This document shows positions 14,403-24,659 of a DNA stretch of 32,000 nt, piece after piece. The position numbers and the translations under genes are program-made. Positions within the stretch are counted from its first letter, which is position 1, and every line of letters begins with the position of its first letter. The notes below the pieces were generated by a model that ran no database searches, had not been told where the DNA came from, and saw only the letters and a program-made list of their open reading frames with translations. Source of the DNA: an uncultured Planctomycetia bacterium (GTDB taxonomy: Bacteria > Omnitrophota > Gorgyraeia > Duberdicusellales > 4484-171); NCBI GenBank assembly GCA_964536865.1, contig CAZHYN010000015.1, positions 10,428 through 42,427 on the forward strand, in the 5' to 3' direction.

Positions 14403-16719
14403 AGAGATAGGTGTCCTTATTATCTTTATATTTTTCTTCTTTGTTTTATTCAAAAAAATATTATTTGGAAAGGTATTTTTTCGGGGTGACATTTTTTTTA
14501 TGCATCTTCCTGTATTTGAGTATTGGAGAGGGAATTTTTTTTCATTAGATAGTATTTTATGGTCGCCTTCTATCTTTTTTGGATATCCTTTAGCTTCCAA
14601 TCCCCAATTTGGATTATTTTATCCACTAAATTTAATTTTCGTATTTCTTTTTAAAGATACTCTGTATGCTTTAAATCTATTAATAATCTTCAACTACTTC
14701 TTAGGACTTTTATTTACTTATATCTATCTCAGAGAACTACAAATTTCTAAATTTGGCTCTTTGATAGGTAGTATTTGTTTTATTTTTAATAGTTTCATGC
14801 TTGATTATCACGATAGCCTTCATGCTCTTTCAACAATGATATATTTACCATTGTTATTATTTATAATTGAGAAAATATTTAATGATGGAAAATTTTTATA
14901 TATTGCCCTTTCAGCCTTATTAGTCGGTCTTCAGCTTTTAGCTGGACATAGCCAATATTTTTATATCTCTTGGACGATAGTGGTCATCTATATTCTATAT
15001 AAGGTAATTTCTCAGAAAAAATCCCTTAAAAAATCTATAATAATATTCTCTTCTATTTTTATAGTTGGATTTCTAATTGCCTCTATACAGCTTCTTCCTG
15101 CTTATGGTCTTGCGCAATTTTCTTCTCGTAATCTCGCAGTGCCTTCGGCTCTATCTTTGATATCTGAACGTGAAAGTGAGAGTTTAACTCTACAGAAGAT
15201 TTTAGGGTTCTTTTTTTACCATTTTGGAATAAGGAAAGATTCTCCCTTTCAGCCCTGTTTTTTAGGAACTTTTCCTTTCATTCTTGGAACATTAGGAGTC
15301 AACTTTAAAAATAAAAAAGTAAATGGTCTATTTTTTCTGTTTATATTTGGCTTCTCTTTCTTACTGTGTTTAGGTAGATGTAGTTTTTTTTATGACCTCT
15401 TTAGCTATTTACCTTGGTATTCTTATTTTCACGATCCTCTCAAATGGGAGTTCATTTTAGTCTTTTCTATATCTGTACTTTCTGCATTAGGTGTTGAAAA
15501 TCTGAAAAAAGTAAATTTTCTTTGGGTTATTTCAATGATAATTTCAATTTTTATACTATGCTTAATTGGATTTTTATTTTTACTTTATCATTTTGATTTG
15601 TTAAAAATAGCGATAAACGATGTTCTTTTTACTTTCGCTATAACAGTTTTCTTTATTATTATTTTGTTTGTTTTTGAAAAGTATAAAATTATTATAAAAT
15701 CACTTATTTTTATTTTTTTTCTTGCTATCATCTTCATTTATAGTCATAGAAGTATAAGGGAAATTGAAAAGAGTTTGATTGACAAGAACCGAAAGAAATT
15801 AGAGAAATTTTCAAAAGTTTTGGATGATTTAAAGCAAAAAGATAATAGCAGAATTTACTTACATAAGGAGGCTAATTTTTTTTCAATTTTTTCTTACCAT
15901 CTTTATTTATGGTTATATAATTTGAAACCTCGAGTGGACAAAAGATACATATTTTCTTATCTCGATTATCCAATGGGTAATAACCTTCTTCCTTTTAGGA
16001 TTCAACACTGTTCTGGTTATGCATCCCTTATTCCTGCAAGATACCTTGAGTTTACTAAAACCTCTATGGAAATATCTCCAATAAGGATGATGGGATATCC
16101 TGATTTTATTTTTTATCCTAATTATTTATTTTTAAGCAATATATCCATAGCTGTAGTTCCTAAGATCAGAGATAATAAATACTTTCATACAGAGAGTTTA
16201 TTTGAGAAAGTTTACGAAAATAATCAATTTGATATCTATCGAGTAAAAACCCTCTCCGAGAGAGCCTATTTTGCTAAAGATTTTATCGTAGAAAAGGATA
16301 GACACAATATTTTGGATATTTTAAAAAAGGATACTTTTGAGCCTAAGGAGGTTGTTGTCTTGGAGAAAGCTTTAGCTATTATTGAACCTAGGAGGGAGAA
16401 GAAACATGAAAGTTATAAAATTAACATAGAAGAATACAGCAATACAAGTATTGATATAAGTTTAGAGACAAATTCTAGTGGTTTTCTTGTTTTATTAGAT
16501 TCTTTCTACCCGGGATGGGTGGCCTATTTGGATGACAGAAATGTAGAAATTTTAAGAGCGAATTATCTATTTAGAGCAGTGTATATTCCTGAAGAGGGAA
16601 GACACAGAATAGTTTTTAGGTATAAGCCATATTTATTTAGAGTAGGCTGTTGGATAAGTATTTTGACCTTATTTTTTCTTTTGGGTAGTCTGAAGTTTGC
16701 TAAAAAAGAAGTATTTTAG
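14389..16719 (+). CDS. YfhO-family GT-C membrane glycosyltransferase (paralog 1)
   Basis: The 776-aa protein has many TM segments. The C-terminal domain reads SGFLVLLDSFYPGWVAYLDDRNVEILRANYLFRAVYIPEEGRHRIVFRYKPYLFRVG plus a terminal TM helix, typical of PF09586 YfhO. Motifs shared with paralogs include LQLLAGHSQYFY, SIQLLPAYGLAQFSSR and ARYLEFTKT. Confidence 0.75.
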   Translation: MRKYKEIGVLIIFIFFFFVLFKKILFGKVFFRGDIFFMHLPVFEYWRGNFFSLDSILWSPSIFFGYPLASNPQFGLFYPLNLIFVFLFKDTLYALNLLIIFNYFLGLLFTYIYLRELQISKFGSLIGSICFIFNSFMLDYHDSLHALSTMIYLPLLLFIIEKIFNDGKFLYIALSALLVGLQLLAGHSQYFYISWTIVVIYILYKVISQKKSLKKSIIIFSSIFIVGFLIASIQLLPAYGLAQFSSRNLAVPSALSLISERESESLTLQKILGFFFYHFGIRKDSPFQPCFLGTFPFILGTLGVNFKNKKVNGLFFLFIFGFSFLLCLGRCSFFYDLFSYLPWYSYFHDPLKWEFILVFSISVLSALGVENLKKVNFLWVISMIISIFILCLIGFLFLLYHFDLLKIAINDVLFTFAITVFFIIILFVFEKYKIIIKSLIFIFFLAIIFIYSHRSIREIEKSLIDKNRKKLEKFSKVLDDLKQKDNSRIYLHKEANFFSIFSYHLYLWLYNLKPRVDKRYIFSYLDYPMGNNLLPFRIQHCSGYASLIPARYLEFTKTSMEISPIRMMGYPDFIFYPNYLFLSNISIAVVPKIRDNKYFHTESLFEKVYENNQFDIYRVKTLSERAYFAKDFIVEKDRHNILDILKKDTFEPKEVVVLEKALAIIEPRREKKHESYKINIEEYSNTSIDISLETNSSGFLVLLDSFYPGWVAYLDDRNVEILRANYLFRAVYIPEEGRHRIVFRYKPYLFRVGCWISILTLFFLLGSLKFAKKEVF

Positions 16720-16723
16720 AATT

Positions 16724-17668
16724 ATGAGTTTTATCCCTAAGATTATTAGTTGGATTTTAACTTATCGCTGCAATCGGAATTGCATATATTGTGGTTCTCC
16801 TAGTAACCAAGGAGAATTATCTACCAAAGAACTCATTATATGTGCAAAAAAATTGAAGGATTTTGGAGTAAGAAGAATTTATTTTACTGGAGGAGAACCT
16901 TTGATTAGAGAAGATTTTGTTGAGATTGTCAATGTTTGCAGTAAGATGGGTTTTTTAGTTTATCTTAATACAAATGGTGATTATATTGGAAGAGTAATCG
17001 GTGATATCAAGGATGTTAAGAAGGTAACTTTAAGTTTGGATGGACCTGAAGAAATTAATGATAGTATAAGAGGTGAGAATAGTTATAAGAATACTATAGA
17101 AGCTGTTGAGATTCTTAAAAGGAGAAATTTTGAAGTGAGTTTTTATACTGTTCTTTCTGAATTAAATTCTTTCCCTTTCGTAATTGATCATATACTTAAT
17201 ATAGTTAAATTCTTTAAAGCAACGGTTTTTTTTCAGCCAGCTAAGAGGTATCTTTTGAGAAATCCAAATGTGAAAAACCCCATTTTTCCATCCAAGGAAA
17301 AATACAAAAATATTATAAATTATATCTTTGATAGAAAGAGGCGAAATTATCTCTACATTGCCAATTCTTTTTCTGGACTAAAACATCTGGGTTACTTCCC
17401 AGAAGGAAAAGTTATTAACTGTGCAGGGACTCGATTATTTTATCGACTCGAGAATAATGCTGATCTTATAATATGTAGCCAAAATAGAACTGTTTTTGGA
17501 AATCTTTTGAAAGATGATATTAGGAAATTTCCCTCCGGAAAAAATATTAAGTGTTCAAATTGTACTTTTGCCGCAAAGGTAGAAGCTAATTTGATATTTC
17601 AAGGTAATTTGGAGAGCAGCATTAATTATGTTTTAATTTCTTTTTTTAGGAAGTACTTTAACAGATAG
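16724..17668 (+). CDS. radical SAM protein with SPASM/twitch-like C-terminal Cys motifs (paralog group A, member 1)
   Basis: Diagnostic segments are YRCNRNCIYC (CxxxCxxC), YFTGGEPLIRED, SLDGPEEINDSIRGENSY, CAGTRLFYRLENNADLIIC, and CSNC followed by VEANL. ATG 16724 is preferred over the TTG at 16697. Confidence 0.85.
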   Translation: MSFIPKIISWILTYRCNRNCIYCGSPSNQGELSTKELIICAKKLKDFGVRRIYFTGGEPLIREDFVEIVNVCSKMGFLVYLNTNGDYIGRVIGDIKDVKKVTLSLDGPEEINDSIRGENSYKNTIEAVEILKRRNFEVSFYTVLSELNSFPFVIDHILNIVKFFKATVFFQPAKRYLLRNPNVKNPIFPSKEKYKNIINYIFDRKRRNYLYIANSFSGLKHLGYFPEGKVINCAGTRLFYRLENNADLIICSQNRTVFGNLLKDDIRKFPSGKNIKCSNCTFAAKVEANLIFQGNLESSINYVLISFFRKYFNR

Positions 17669-17673
17669 AAATA

Positions 17674-20100
17674 ATGAAGAATGAGAAGACTCCTTTCTTT
17701 CTAATCTTTTTAAGCTTTTTTATCTTTTTTCACAATATCTTTTTATCTTTTTATCATTTTACTCTACATGCCGAGCGTTTCGATAAACATTTTCTTTTTT
17801 CGTATTACCTCTATCACTATAAATCGTCGCTGTGGTTGCCCCATCTTTATTTAGGAATGCCTCTTTTTTCCAATATAGAGCAAGGTTTTTTCTATCCCTT
17901 TTCTATTTTGACAAAAATTTTACCTCCTGTATGGTGTATTAATATGATTTTTATTGTTCATTTTCTGTTCGGTGGAATTTTTATTTATCTTTATGCAAAA
18001 AAGATAGGCTTGAGTAAAGAAGCTTGTTTGGGGGCTGTTTTTGTCTTTCTTTTTAATGGTTTTCTTTTGGGAAGCTATACTCATATGTTTGTTTTACAAA
18101 GTTATGTATACATTCCTCTTCTTCTTTATTTATCCGAAAAGTTTTTTGAAAATAAAAAATATATCTGGTTGATTCTAATTGGTTTATCTTTAGGGCTCCA
18201 AGCTCTAACCGGAATGTTTCAATTTTTTTATTATACAGTATTGTTTTTGGCAGGATATTTTTTGTTTAAAAAAATAATTTTAGGTTTATCTCTGCATAGG
18301 TGTTTTATGGTATTTATTTTTGTATTGATAATTAGCCTTGGAATTTTTGCGGTCCAATTTTTCCCTGTTTATGAACACTATTTGTTTTCAGCAAGGAAGT
18401 TTGCCTCTTTTGCTCAAGTTATGGATAGGCCTGGAGATACACTACAATTTTTAAATATTTTAGATTTTGTTTTTCCCGAATATATACAAGGTGATTTTGT
18501 AAATGCATTTAGTCCTGGCCATTTTGGTATTATCTCACTATTTTTGGCCCTGATAGCCATCTTAAATTATAAAAAAGCAAAATATAAAAATTATATTCTA
18601 TTTTATAGTATATTTTTTATATTAACACTTTTACTCGCTGTAGGTAAATATACCCCTTTATACTACATACTTTATCATTTAAGAATACCAGGGTTTTCTG
18701 TCTTTAAGAAGCCTTTACGAATAGAAGTTTTAACTATGTTTACATTAGCAATCCTTGTCGGTGAGGGTATAGAGATTCTAAGAAAAGTTGTTATTTCTCG
18801 CAAACAAATTTTCTTATATTTGTGTATCTTTTTTATATTTGCAATCCTGATTTGCTTCCACTTGCAAAATCAAAAAGTTGCACTTTCTAATCCAAATTAT
18901 TCGCAGATAATCAACCCGGAAAGATTCCCTATTGGACTTTTAAAATTTCTTCATTCTCTTAGTATTAGGAACTTTTTTATTTTGATATTTTTAGCTTCAA
19001 TTTTCTTCATTTCATTGGTTATAAAACTTAATTTAAGATTGAAGTATTATTTACCTATTCTAATTTTTCTTAATTTATATTTATTTAGAAATTTTGATAC
19101 ACCTTTTTTTGCTTCAGGTGAACTTAAGTCTTCTTGGTTTAGAGAGCCTGAAAGCGTTAGTTTGATTAAGGATAAATATAGTAAGTTATATAGAGTTGCT
19201 TCATTGGCTAATGATGATATATCAGGATGTTCGGAATCGAATATTAGAAGTCTAGAAGAAAAAGCTAATTGGTATAATTTAACTTCATTATGTAGAGCTA
19301 AGCAATTTTACTGGACAAAGAAAACCTTGATTGAAAATACGCCTATTATTTATGATTTACATTCTTCTCTTGGACACATTGTATTACCTACTCAAAGATA
19401 TCTTGAGTTTGTGAAAACAGATCTAGAAATAGACCCTATGTCGAGTGAGTCGTATAATGACTTTATATTTCATCCCAATTTTTTAAGTTTAACATCGAGT
19501 TCTTTTGTGATTGTTCCTCGCTGGCAAGATAAACCTTATTTCCATAATAGAGATCTGTTTGAGAGAATTTATGAAGATGATGAATTGTATATTTACTACT
19601 ACCGATGGGCTTTAAAAAAGATCTTTTTTGTGCAAGATTATATTATAATGAAAAATAGAGAAGAGATATTGTCTTTCATTAAAAGTTCTCATTTCGATCC
19701 TAAAAGGACTGTAATCATTGAGACAATTCCTAAAAATTTTCAGCCAATCGATAAATATAGATATAATTTAAAGCCTAAATATACTTTAGAGATTAATGAT
19801 TATCAAAATGATTTTGTTGAATTAAAACTTTCCACGGATACTTCAGGCTTTCTTGTTTTTCTCGACGCTTATCATCCTGGTTGGAAGTCTTATATAGATG
19901 GGAAAGAGAATAGAGTCTTAAGAGCAAATTATATATTTAAGGCTATTTACATTCCTGATGGAGGGAAGTATAGAATCACTTTCAAATATAAGCCATTCTC
20001 TTTTAAAATAGGATGTATAATTAGTTGTTTAACGGCTGTCTTTTGTATTTTTGGGACGATTGTATGGAGAGAGAAACAAATGTGGCTAAGGATGAGCTGA
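17674..20100 (+). CDS. YfhO-family GT-C membrane glycosyltransferase (paralog 2)
   Basis: The 808-aa polytopic protein carries LQALTGMFQFFYY, AVQFFPVYEHYLFSAR and QRYLEFVKT. The C-terminus reads SGFLVFLDAYHPGWKSYIDGKENRVLRANYIFKAIYIPDGGKYRITFKYKPFSFKIG. Confidence 0.75.
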   Translation: MKNEKTPFFLIFLSFFIFFHNIFLSFYHFTLHAERFDKHFLFSYYLYHYKSSLWLPHLYLGMPLFSNIEQGFFYPFSILTKILPPVWCINMIFIVHFLFGGIFIYLYAKKIGLSKEACLGAVFVFLFNGFLLGSYTHMFVLQSYVYIPLLLYLSEKFFENKKYIWLILIGLSLGLQALTGMFQFFYYTVLFLAGYFLFKKIILGLSLHRCFMVFIFVLIISLGIFAVQFFPVYEHYLFSARKFASFAQVMDRPGDTLQFLNILDFVFPEYIQGDFVNAFSPGHFGIISLFLALIAILNYKKAKYKNYILFYSIFFILTLLLAVGKYTPLYYILYHLRIPGFSVFKKPLRIEVLTMFTLAILVGEGIEILRKVVISRKQIFLYLCIFFIFAILICFHLQNQKVALSNPNYSQIINPERFPIGLLKFLHSLSIRNFFILIFLASIFFISLVIKLNLRLKYYLPILIFLNLYLFRNFDTPFFASGELKSSWFREPESVSLIKDKYSKLYRVASLANDDISGCSESNIRSLEEKANWYNLTSLCRAKQFYWTKKTLIENTPIIYDLHSSLGHIVLPTQRYLEFVKTDLEIDPMSSESYNDFIFHPNFLSLTSSSFVIVPRWQDKPYFHNRDLFERIYEDDELYIYYYRWALKKIFFVQDYIIMKNREEILSFIKSSHFDPKRTVIIETIPKNFQPIDKYRYNLKPKYTLEINDYQNDFVELKLSTDTSGFLVFLDAYHPGWKSYIDGKENRVLRANYIFKAIYIPDGGKYRITFKYKPFSFKIGCIISCLTAVFCIFGTIVWREKQMWLRMS

Positions 20101-20136
20101 TTCTTAATAGTATTTTTGTCATAATTAAAGACGGCT

Positions 20137-21114
20137 ATGAGAAATAGGACCTTATATCATCGATATAAATTACTCTTTTCAATATTTCTTACTATGGGAA
20201 TATTTTTCGTTCTATTTTCGAAGATAAAAATAGAGGAGGTTATAGGAGTTTTAGGACATGTAAAACCAGCTCTATTTTTTTTAGCCGTTTTTATTTCAAT
20301 CGCAAACAATATATTTTTATCCTCTGATAAATGGCGTCGAATTCTTCATGTTTTTGGTAGAGATATTACTCTCAAAGAAGCAATATTTATGAAGATGGGT
20401 AGTGATCCCATAATTAGCATACTGCCTATGAGAGCCGGGGAACTAACAAGGGTTGTTTATTTGAGGCAGTGGCATAATTTTTCTTTTTTGAAGGGCTTTA
20501 GCTCAATCTTTTTTGAATTGGGGCTAAACTTCTTAGCTGTCTTATTTTTCATTTCAGTAGGTCATTTAATTTTGAACTTTAGCTTGATTAGTATAATTTC
20601 TTACATCTGTTTTTTAAGTTTAATCTTGTTTATAACAAGAAAGATACTATTTAAGCTAAGAATGAAAGAAGAGCTTATAAATTCTATAAGAGGATCTCGA
20701 ATTAACATTTATAATTATCTTAGGGAGATTATCTATGTTTACAATAAGATTGGAAATAGAAGGTTATTAACTTTATTCATTTATTCTACAGTTTTTATAG
20801 CTTCTGAGTTAGCTAATTTTTACATATTGAGTGAAGGGCTAGACCTATCTATTCCATATCCATTAGTTTTTATTTTCATTCCCTTAACTACAGTTATAAC
20901 CAGTCTTCCCATTACTCTATTTGGTTTAGGGACAAGAGAAGCTGCTATTATTTTCTTTTTCTCGAAATATGGCTCTTTAAAACAACTGTTAAGTTTAGGT
21001 ATTTTATATTCCTCTGTGGAATACCTTCTCCCTGTAGTTATTAGTTTAGTATATACGAAGCCTTTTATAGATAGATTGGTAACTACTAAAGAGGATTTTG
21101 GAAATTTAACATAA
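20137..21114 (+). CDS. UPF0104 / LPG_synthase_TM (flippase-like) integral membrane protein (paralog 2)
   Basis: The protein is polytopic and carries the motif SLPITLFGLGTREAAIIFFF, alignable with the 13533 protein. Confidence 0.65.
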   Translation: MRNRTLYHRYKLLFSIFLTMGIFFVLFSKIKIEEVIGVLGHVKPALFFLAVFISIANNIFLSSDKWRRILHVFGRDITLKEAIFMKMGSDPIISILPMRAGELTRVVYLRQWHNFSFLKGFSSIFFELGLNFLAVLFFISVGHLILNFSLISIISYICFLSLILFITRKILFKLRMKEELINSIRGSRINIYNYLREIIYVYNKIGNRRLLTLFIYSTVFIASELANFYILSEGLDLSIPYPLVFIFIPLTTVITSLPITLFGLGTREAAIIFFFSKYGSLKQLLSLGILYSSVEYLLPVVISLVYTKPFIDRLVTTKEDFGNLT

Positions 21115-21126
21115 AAAATTGAAGTG

Positions 21127-22119
21127 ATGTCGAGAATATTATTTTCCATTGGAAAGTCCTTTATAAAGTTTAAACTGCTTAGATATAAAATTCCGTTGGT
21201 AGTAAGTTGGATGTTGACCAGTAGATGCAATCAGAGATGTTCTTATTGTAAGATCTGGGATGTGAAATTTAACGAACTAAATACAAAACAGATTTTTTCT
21301 ATAATAGATGAGTTAGTTTCAATGGGAACCAAGATTATTATATTTACAGGAGGAGAACCACTTTTAAGAGAGGATATCGGCGAAATTATAACTTATACTA
21401 CTTCAAGGGGTATTTATGTAAGTCTTAATTCAAATGGAGTATTGATAAAGAAGAGGATAAAGGAGATTAAAGGAGTAAATAGGATAAAATTGAGCATCGA
21501 CGGTCCCAGACAAATACATGATTCCCTAAGAGGAGAGGGTTCTTTTGATAAAGTTATGGAGGCGATTACCATATGTAAGGCTAATAATATTAAAATCGAT
21601 ATTAAAGTGGTATTATCTAAATACAATATCAATTGCCTAGATGCTATTTTATCTTTAATTGAAGATTTAAATTTGAAGGCTGATTTTCAGCCAGCAACTT
21701 TAAAGATCTTATGGAGTGATGAGATAAATCCCGTTGCTCCACCAGAAGAGGAGTACAAGAGAGCTATTCAGAAATTAATAATGATGAAGAAGGCCGGCAC
21801 TATAAATATACAAAATTCTATCTCAGGGCTCCAACATCTGTATAATTGGCCTCATCCTAAGAGAATAAGATGTGCTGCTGGAATATTGAGCTGTAAGATT
21901 TTACCTAACGGTTATGTTATATCCTGCGATAGAAATTTTTCTAAATATAATTTATCTGAAGGCGATCTTCTGAATTCTGTATATTACAATTTCAGAGAGA
22001 TGTTTAATCAACTTAAACCATCTTTTTGTTTTTCCTGTTGGTGTTCTTCTGTTGTTGAATTCAATTTGGCAGTCTCACTTAACCTCAATGCTGTTTTTAA
22101 TCTATTAAAGTCAGTTTAA
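21127..22119 (+). CDS. radical SAM protein with SPASM/twitch-like C-terminal Cys motifs (group A, member 2)
   Basis: Diagnostic segments are TSRCNQRCSYC, IFTGGEPLLRED, SIDGPRQIHDSLRGEGSF, CAAGILSCKILPNGYVISC, and CFSCWC followed by VEFNLAVSLNLNAVFNLLK. The start is ATG 21127 (or GTG 21124). Confidence 0.85.
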   Translation: MSRILFSIGKSFIKFKLLRYKIPLVVSWMLTSRCNQRCSYCKIWDVKFNELNTKQIFSIIDELVSMGTKIIIFTGGEPLLREDIGEIITYTTSRGIYVSLNSNGVLIKKRIKEIKGVNRIKLSIDGPRQIHDSLRGEGSFDKVMEAITICKANNIKIDIKVVLSKYNINCLDAILSLIEDLNLKADFQPATLKILWSDEINPVAPPEEEYKRAIQKLIMMKKAGTINIQNSISGLQHLYNWPHPKRIRCAAGILSCKILPNGYVISCDRNFSKYNLSEGDLLNSVYYNFREMFNQLKPSFCFSCWCSSVVEFNLAVSLNLNAVFNLLKSV

Positions 22120-22120
22120 C

Positions 22121-23179
22121 TTGAATGGTATATCTAAAGACGAGGAACATAATTTCAATTTTTTAGCAGAGATGTTAAAGAAGTTAAAATTTATGAGTAA
22201 AATACTAAATCATAGTTTTGGTTCCATAAATTTAATATTGACTAGAAGGTGTAATCTACAATGTCCTCATTGTGAAGTAATTAAAAGGAATAATGGTAAG
22301 GAATTAAGTGTGGATGATTGGAAGGTAATTATTGATAGACTATCAAAGAAATATTTTATTTTTGTTTTTACTGGAGGAGAACCTTTGCTATACAACGGTC
22401 TAGAGGAATTAATAAGCTATGCTTCTCATAAAGGAATAACAGGTCTTCTTACTAATGGAATACTATTGACGGAGGAAAAGATCAAAAGTTTTAAAACTTT
22501 AGATTATATTAATATCTCCTATCCTGTTTTTTATTCAAACCTTGAGACAAAATTTTTAGATACCGTTAAGATTCTTATTCATTATAGTAAAATTTTTAAA
22601 TTTATAGTAAGCTCCACTGTCGTCGTACACGCAAAGAATGTTTTGAAAGTACCTGAAATTGTCAAAAAATTGAATGATTTAAAGGTTAATATAGAGATAT
22701 CTCTATTACACTCCTCTGATGATAAATTATTTTGGTATAGGTGTAATAGATCCGATTTGGCGTTTAAAGAAGCAGAGTTAAATGATTTAGAAAATTTGGA
22801 AAAAGAGTTGATTAAGATGAAAAAGTGTGGTTATAGGATTTTAACTCCCTTAGGCTATATTTCTAGAATGGCTGATTATGTAAGAAAGAAAGTATTTATG
22901 CAATGTTTTGCTGTGGAGAGGTTTTTTACAGTTAATAATGATGGTTTTATTATGCCCTGTCAAGATATTCCTCCTTCAAATATAAATGCTTTAGACTTTA
23001 AGGATTTCAATCAATTGAAGGAGATAAGAAAAAATATACCAGAGAATTGTAACTGCTGGTGGGATTGTGCATATTTCTATTCTCTATTTAGTAGAGGAAC
23101 CATTAAACAGACTGTATCAGAGATAGCGATTTTAGCTCACTCATTTTTTGTACGGAAATTAAAAATAAACATTCTTTAA
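22121..23179 (+). CDS. radical SAM protein, SPASM/twitch-like (group B)
   Basis: Diagnostic segments are TRRCNLQCPHC, FTGGEPLL, CFAVERFFTVNNDGFIMPC (Cx12Gx4C) and CNCWWDC. The start is TTG 22121, with an alternative ATG at 22172. Confidence 0.8.
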   Translation: MNGISKDEEHNFNFLAEMLKKLKFMSKILNHSFGSINLILTRRCNLQCPHCEVIKRNNGKELSVDDWKVIIDRLSKKYFIFVFTGGEPLLYNGLEELISYASHKGITGLLTNGILLTEEKIKSFKTLDYINISYPVFYSNLETKFLDTVKILIHYSKIFKFIVSSTVVVHAKNVLKVPEIVKKLNDLKVNIEISLLHSSDDKLFWYRCNRSDLAFKEAELNDLENLEKELIKMKKCGYRILTPLGYISRMADYVRKKVFMQCFAVERFFTVNNDGFIMPCQDIPPSNINALDFKDFNQLKEIRKNIPENCNCWWDCAYFYSLFSRGTIKQTVSEIAILAHSFFVRKLKINIL

Positions 23180-23228
23180 GAAATTTATTCACTAAGTTTT
23201 TTAATTAAAAATGAACTGACAGAACAGC

Positions 23229-24659
23229 ATGGGAAGAAGAAAGATATTTCTAATTAGACTTGATAACTCTTCTTTAAAGAGAATTTATCATCCCAGACAT
23301 ATGTATCCTCCTTTAACCTTAAAGTATATACAAGCATTATTGAACAAGAAGAAAAAATATGAAGTAAGATTTTTTGACTATTGGGTTAGCAAGCTGTCTC
23401 TGAGTAAGTTCGCTGAAGGAATCTTTAAATTATCCCCGGATATAGTAATAATTTATGTTGATCCATATAACTTTCATTCAGTAGTGAAATTTATATCGCT
23501 GATAACTCAGAAAAAGAAACCCATTATAATCGGTATCGGTCCCGATATTACTTTTAGACCAGAGTTATATATAGAAGATACCCCTCTATTTGATATAATT
23601 ATACCTGGAGAACCAGAAATAGAAATACTCTCAATTATAGAAAAATTAAATGGGAACATAAGCATGTTTAAAGCTTTGAAGGATATTTATAGACGAAGGG
23701 TTAATCTTATAAATATTGTTTTCGATTTAGATAATTTGCCATTTCCGAACTTTACATTAAAAGAATTAAAATCGTACACTTTTATTTATCCGGTAAGAAT
23801 GAATAGAAGATTAATATGTGGTTATGTTATCACTTCCAGAGGTTGCCCCTACAGTTGTACATTTTGTTCGCCTGGAATAAGAAAAAGTTATAGTAAAGTA
23901 TTGCGCTTAAGGAGTACTTCTAATATTGTAGATGAAATCCAGTTTTTAATGAAAAAGGGAGTTAATTTTATATCCTTTGAAGATGATAATTTTGTGGCTG
24001 ATTTTGATCACGTCGTTTCTATATGTGAGGAGATCAAAAGGAGAAGGATAAATATAAAATGGTCTGCTCAGGTTAGAGTAGATGAGGTCAATTATAAACT
24101 GCTTAAATTGATGAGGGATTCTGGATGCAGTCTTCTACAGTTTGGCATAGAATCAGCATCAAAGAGAATTTTACGTATGTTGAATAAAACGACCGAAGCT
24201 GAGAAATGGATAGAAAGAAGTAAAGAGATATTTTATCATGCCAAAAAGTTAGGTATTACCACATGTGCTTTATTTATGATAGGTAATCCTACCGAGACTA
24301 GGCAGGAAGCAGTCGAGACTATAAAATTAGCAAAGTGTTTAAATTCAGACTTAGTAAAAGTTCATTTTTTTATCCTATATCCTGGGTCAACTATTTATGA
24401 AAAGTGTAGGATAGAATATAAAAAGTTACAATTACAAGATGATGTACATCATTATAGTAAACCTATAATTAATTTAAGCAATATGTCCGTAGAGGAGTTG
24501 TTACAAGTAAGAAAAAAGTTTTATAGAAATGTATATTTACAATTAGATTATATTTTAAAGCATATATTTAAATATGGGATTTTTTACATTTTCAATATTA
24601 AAGTATTTTTTATTTTACTGAAGGGTCTTTTAAGAATTTTGCAGGATAGTGAGAAATAA
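23229..24659 (+). CDS. B12-binding domain radical SAM protein (class B type)
   Basis: The B12-binding-like domain reads SPDIVIIYVDPYNF...KPIIIGIGPDITF, followed by SRGCPYSCTFC and QFGIESASKRILRMLNK. The next gene starts at the base immediately after the stop. Confidence 0.85.
   Translation: MGRRKIFLIRLDNSSLKRIYHPRHMYPPLTLKYIQALLNKKKKYEVRFFDYWVSKLSLSKFAEGIFKLSPDIVIIYVDPYNFHSVVKFISLITQKKKPIIIGIGPDITFRPELYIEDTPLFDIIIPGEPEIEILSIIEKLNGNISMFKALKDIYRRRVNLINIVFDLDNLPFPNFTLKELKSYTFIYPVRMNRRLICGYVITSRGCPYSCTFCSPGIRKSYSKVLRLRSTSNIVDEIQFLMKKGVNFISFEDDNFVADFDHVVSICEEIKRRRINIKWSAQVRVDEVNYKLLKLMRDSGCSLLQFGIESASKRILRMLNKTTEAEKWIERSKEIFYHAKKLGITTCALFMIGNPTETRQEAVETIKLAKCLNSDLVKVHFFILYPGSTIYEKCRIEYKKLQLQDDVHHYSKPIINLSNMSVEELLQVRKKFYRNVYLQLDYILKHIFKYGIFYIFNIKVFFILLKGLLRILQDSEK

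Noticed and set aside
14535-14542. Homopolymer tracts (T8 here; similar A8/T8 runs at 3063-3070, about 15384-15391, about 17226-17233) as phase-variation switches in surface-glycan genes
   Set aside because: Runs of this length are expected by composition in such AT-rich DNA. No tract exceeds about 8-9 nt, and nothing indicates length polymorphism from a single sequence.
20820-21230. 136-aa minus-strand ORF spanning the UPF0104/rSAM junction
   Set aside because: It is antisense to two well-supported plus-strand genes and has no motif or RBS support.
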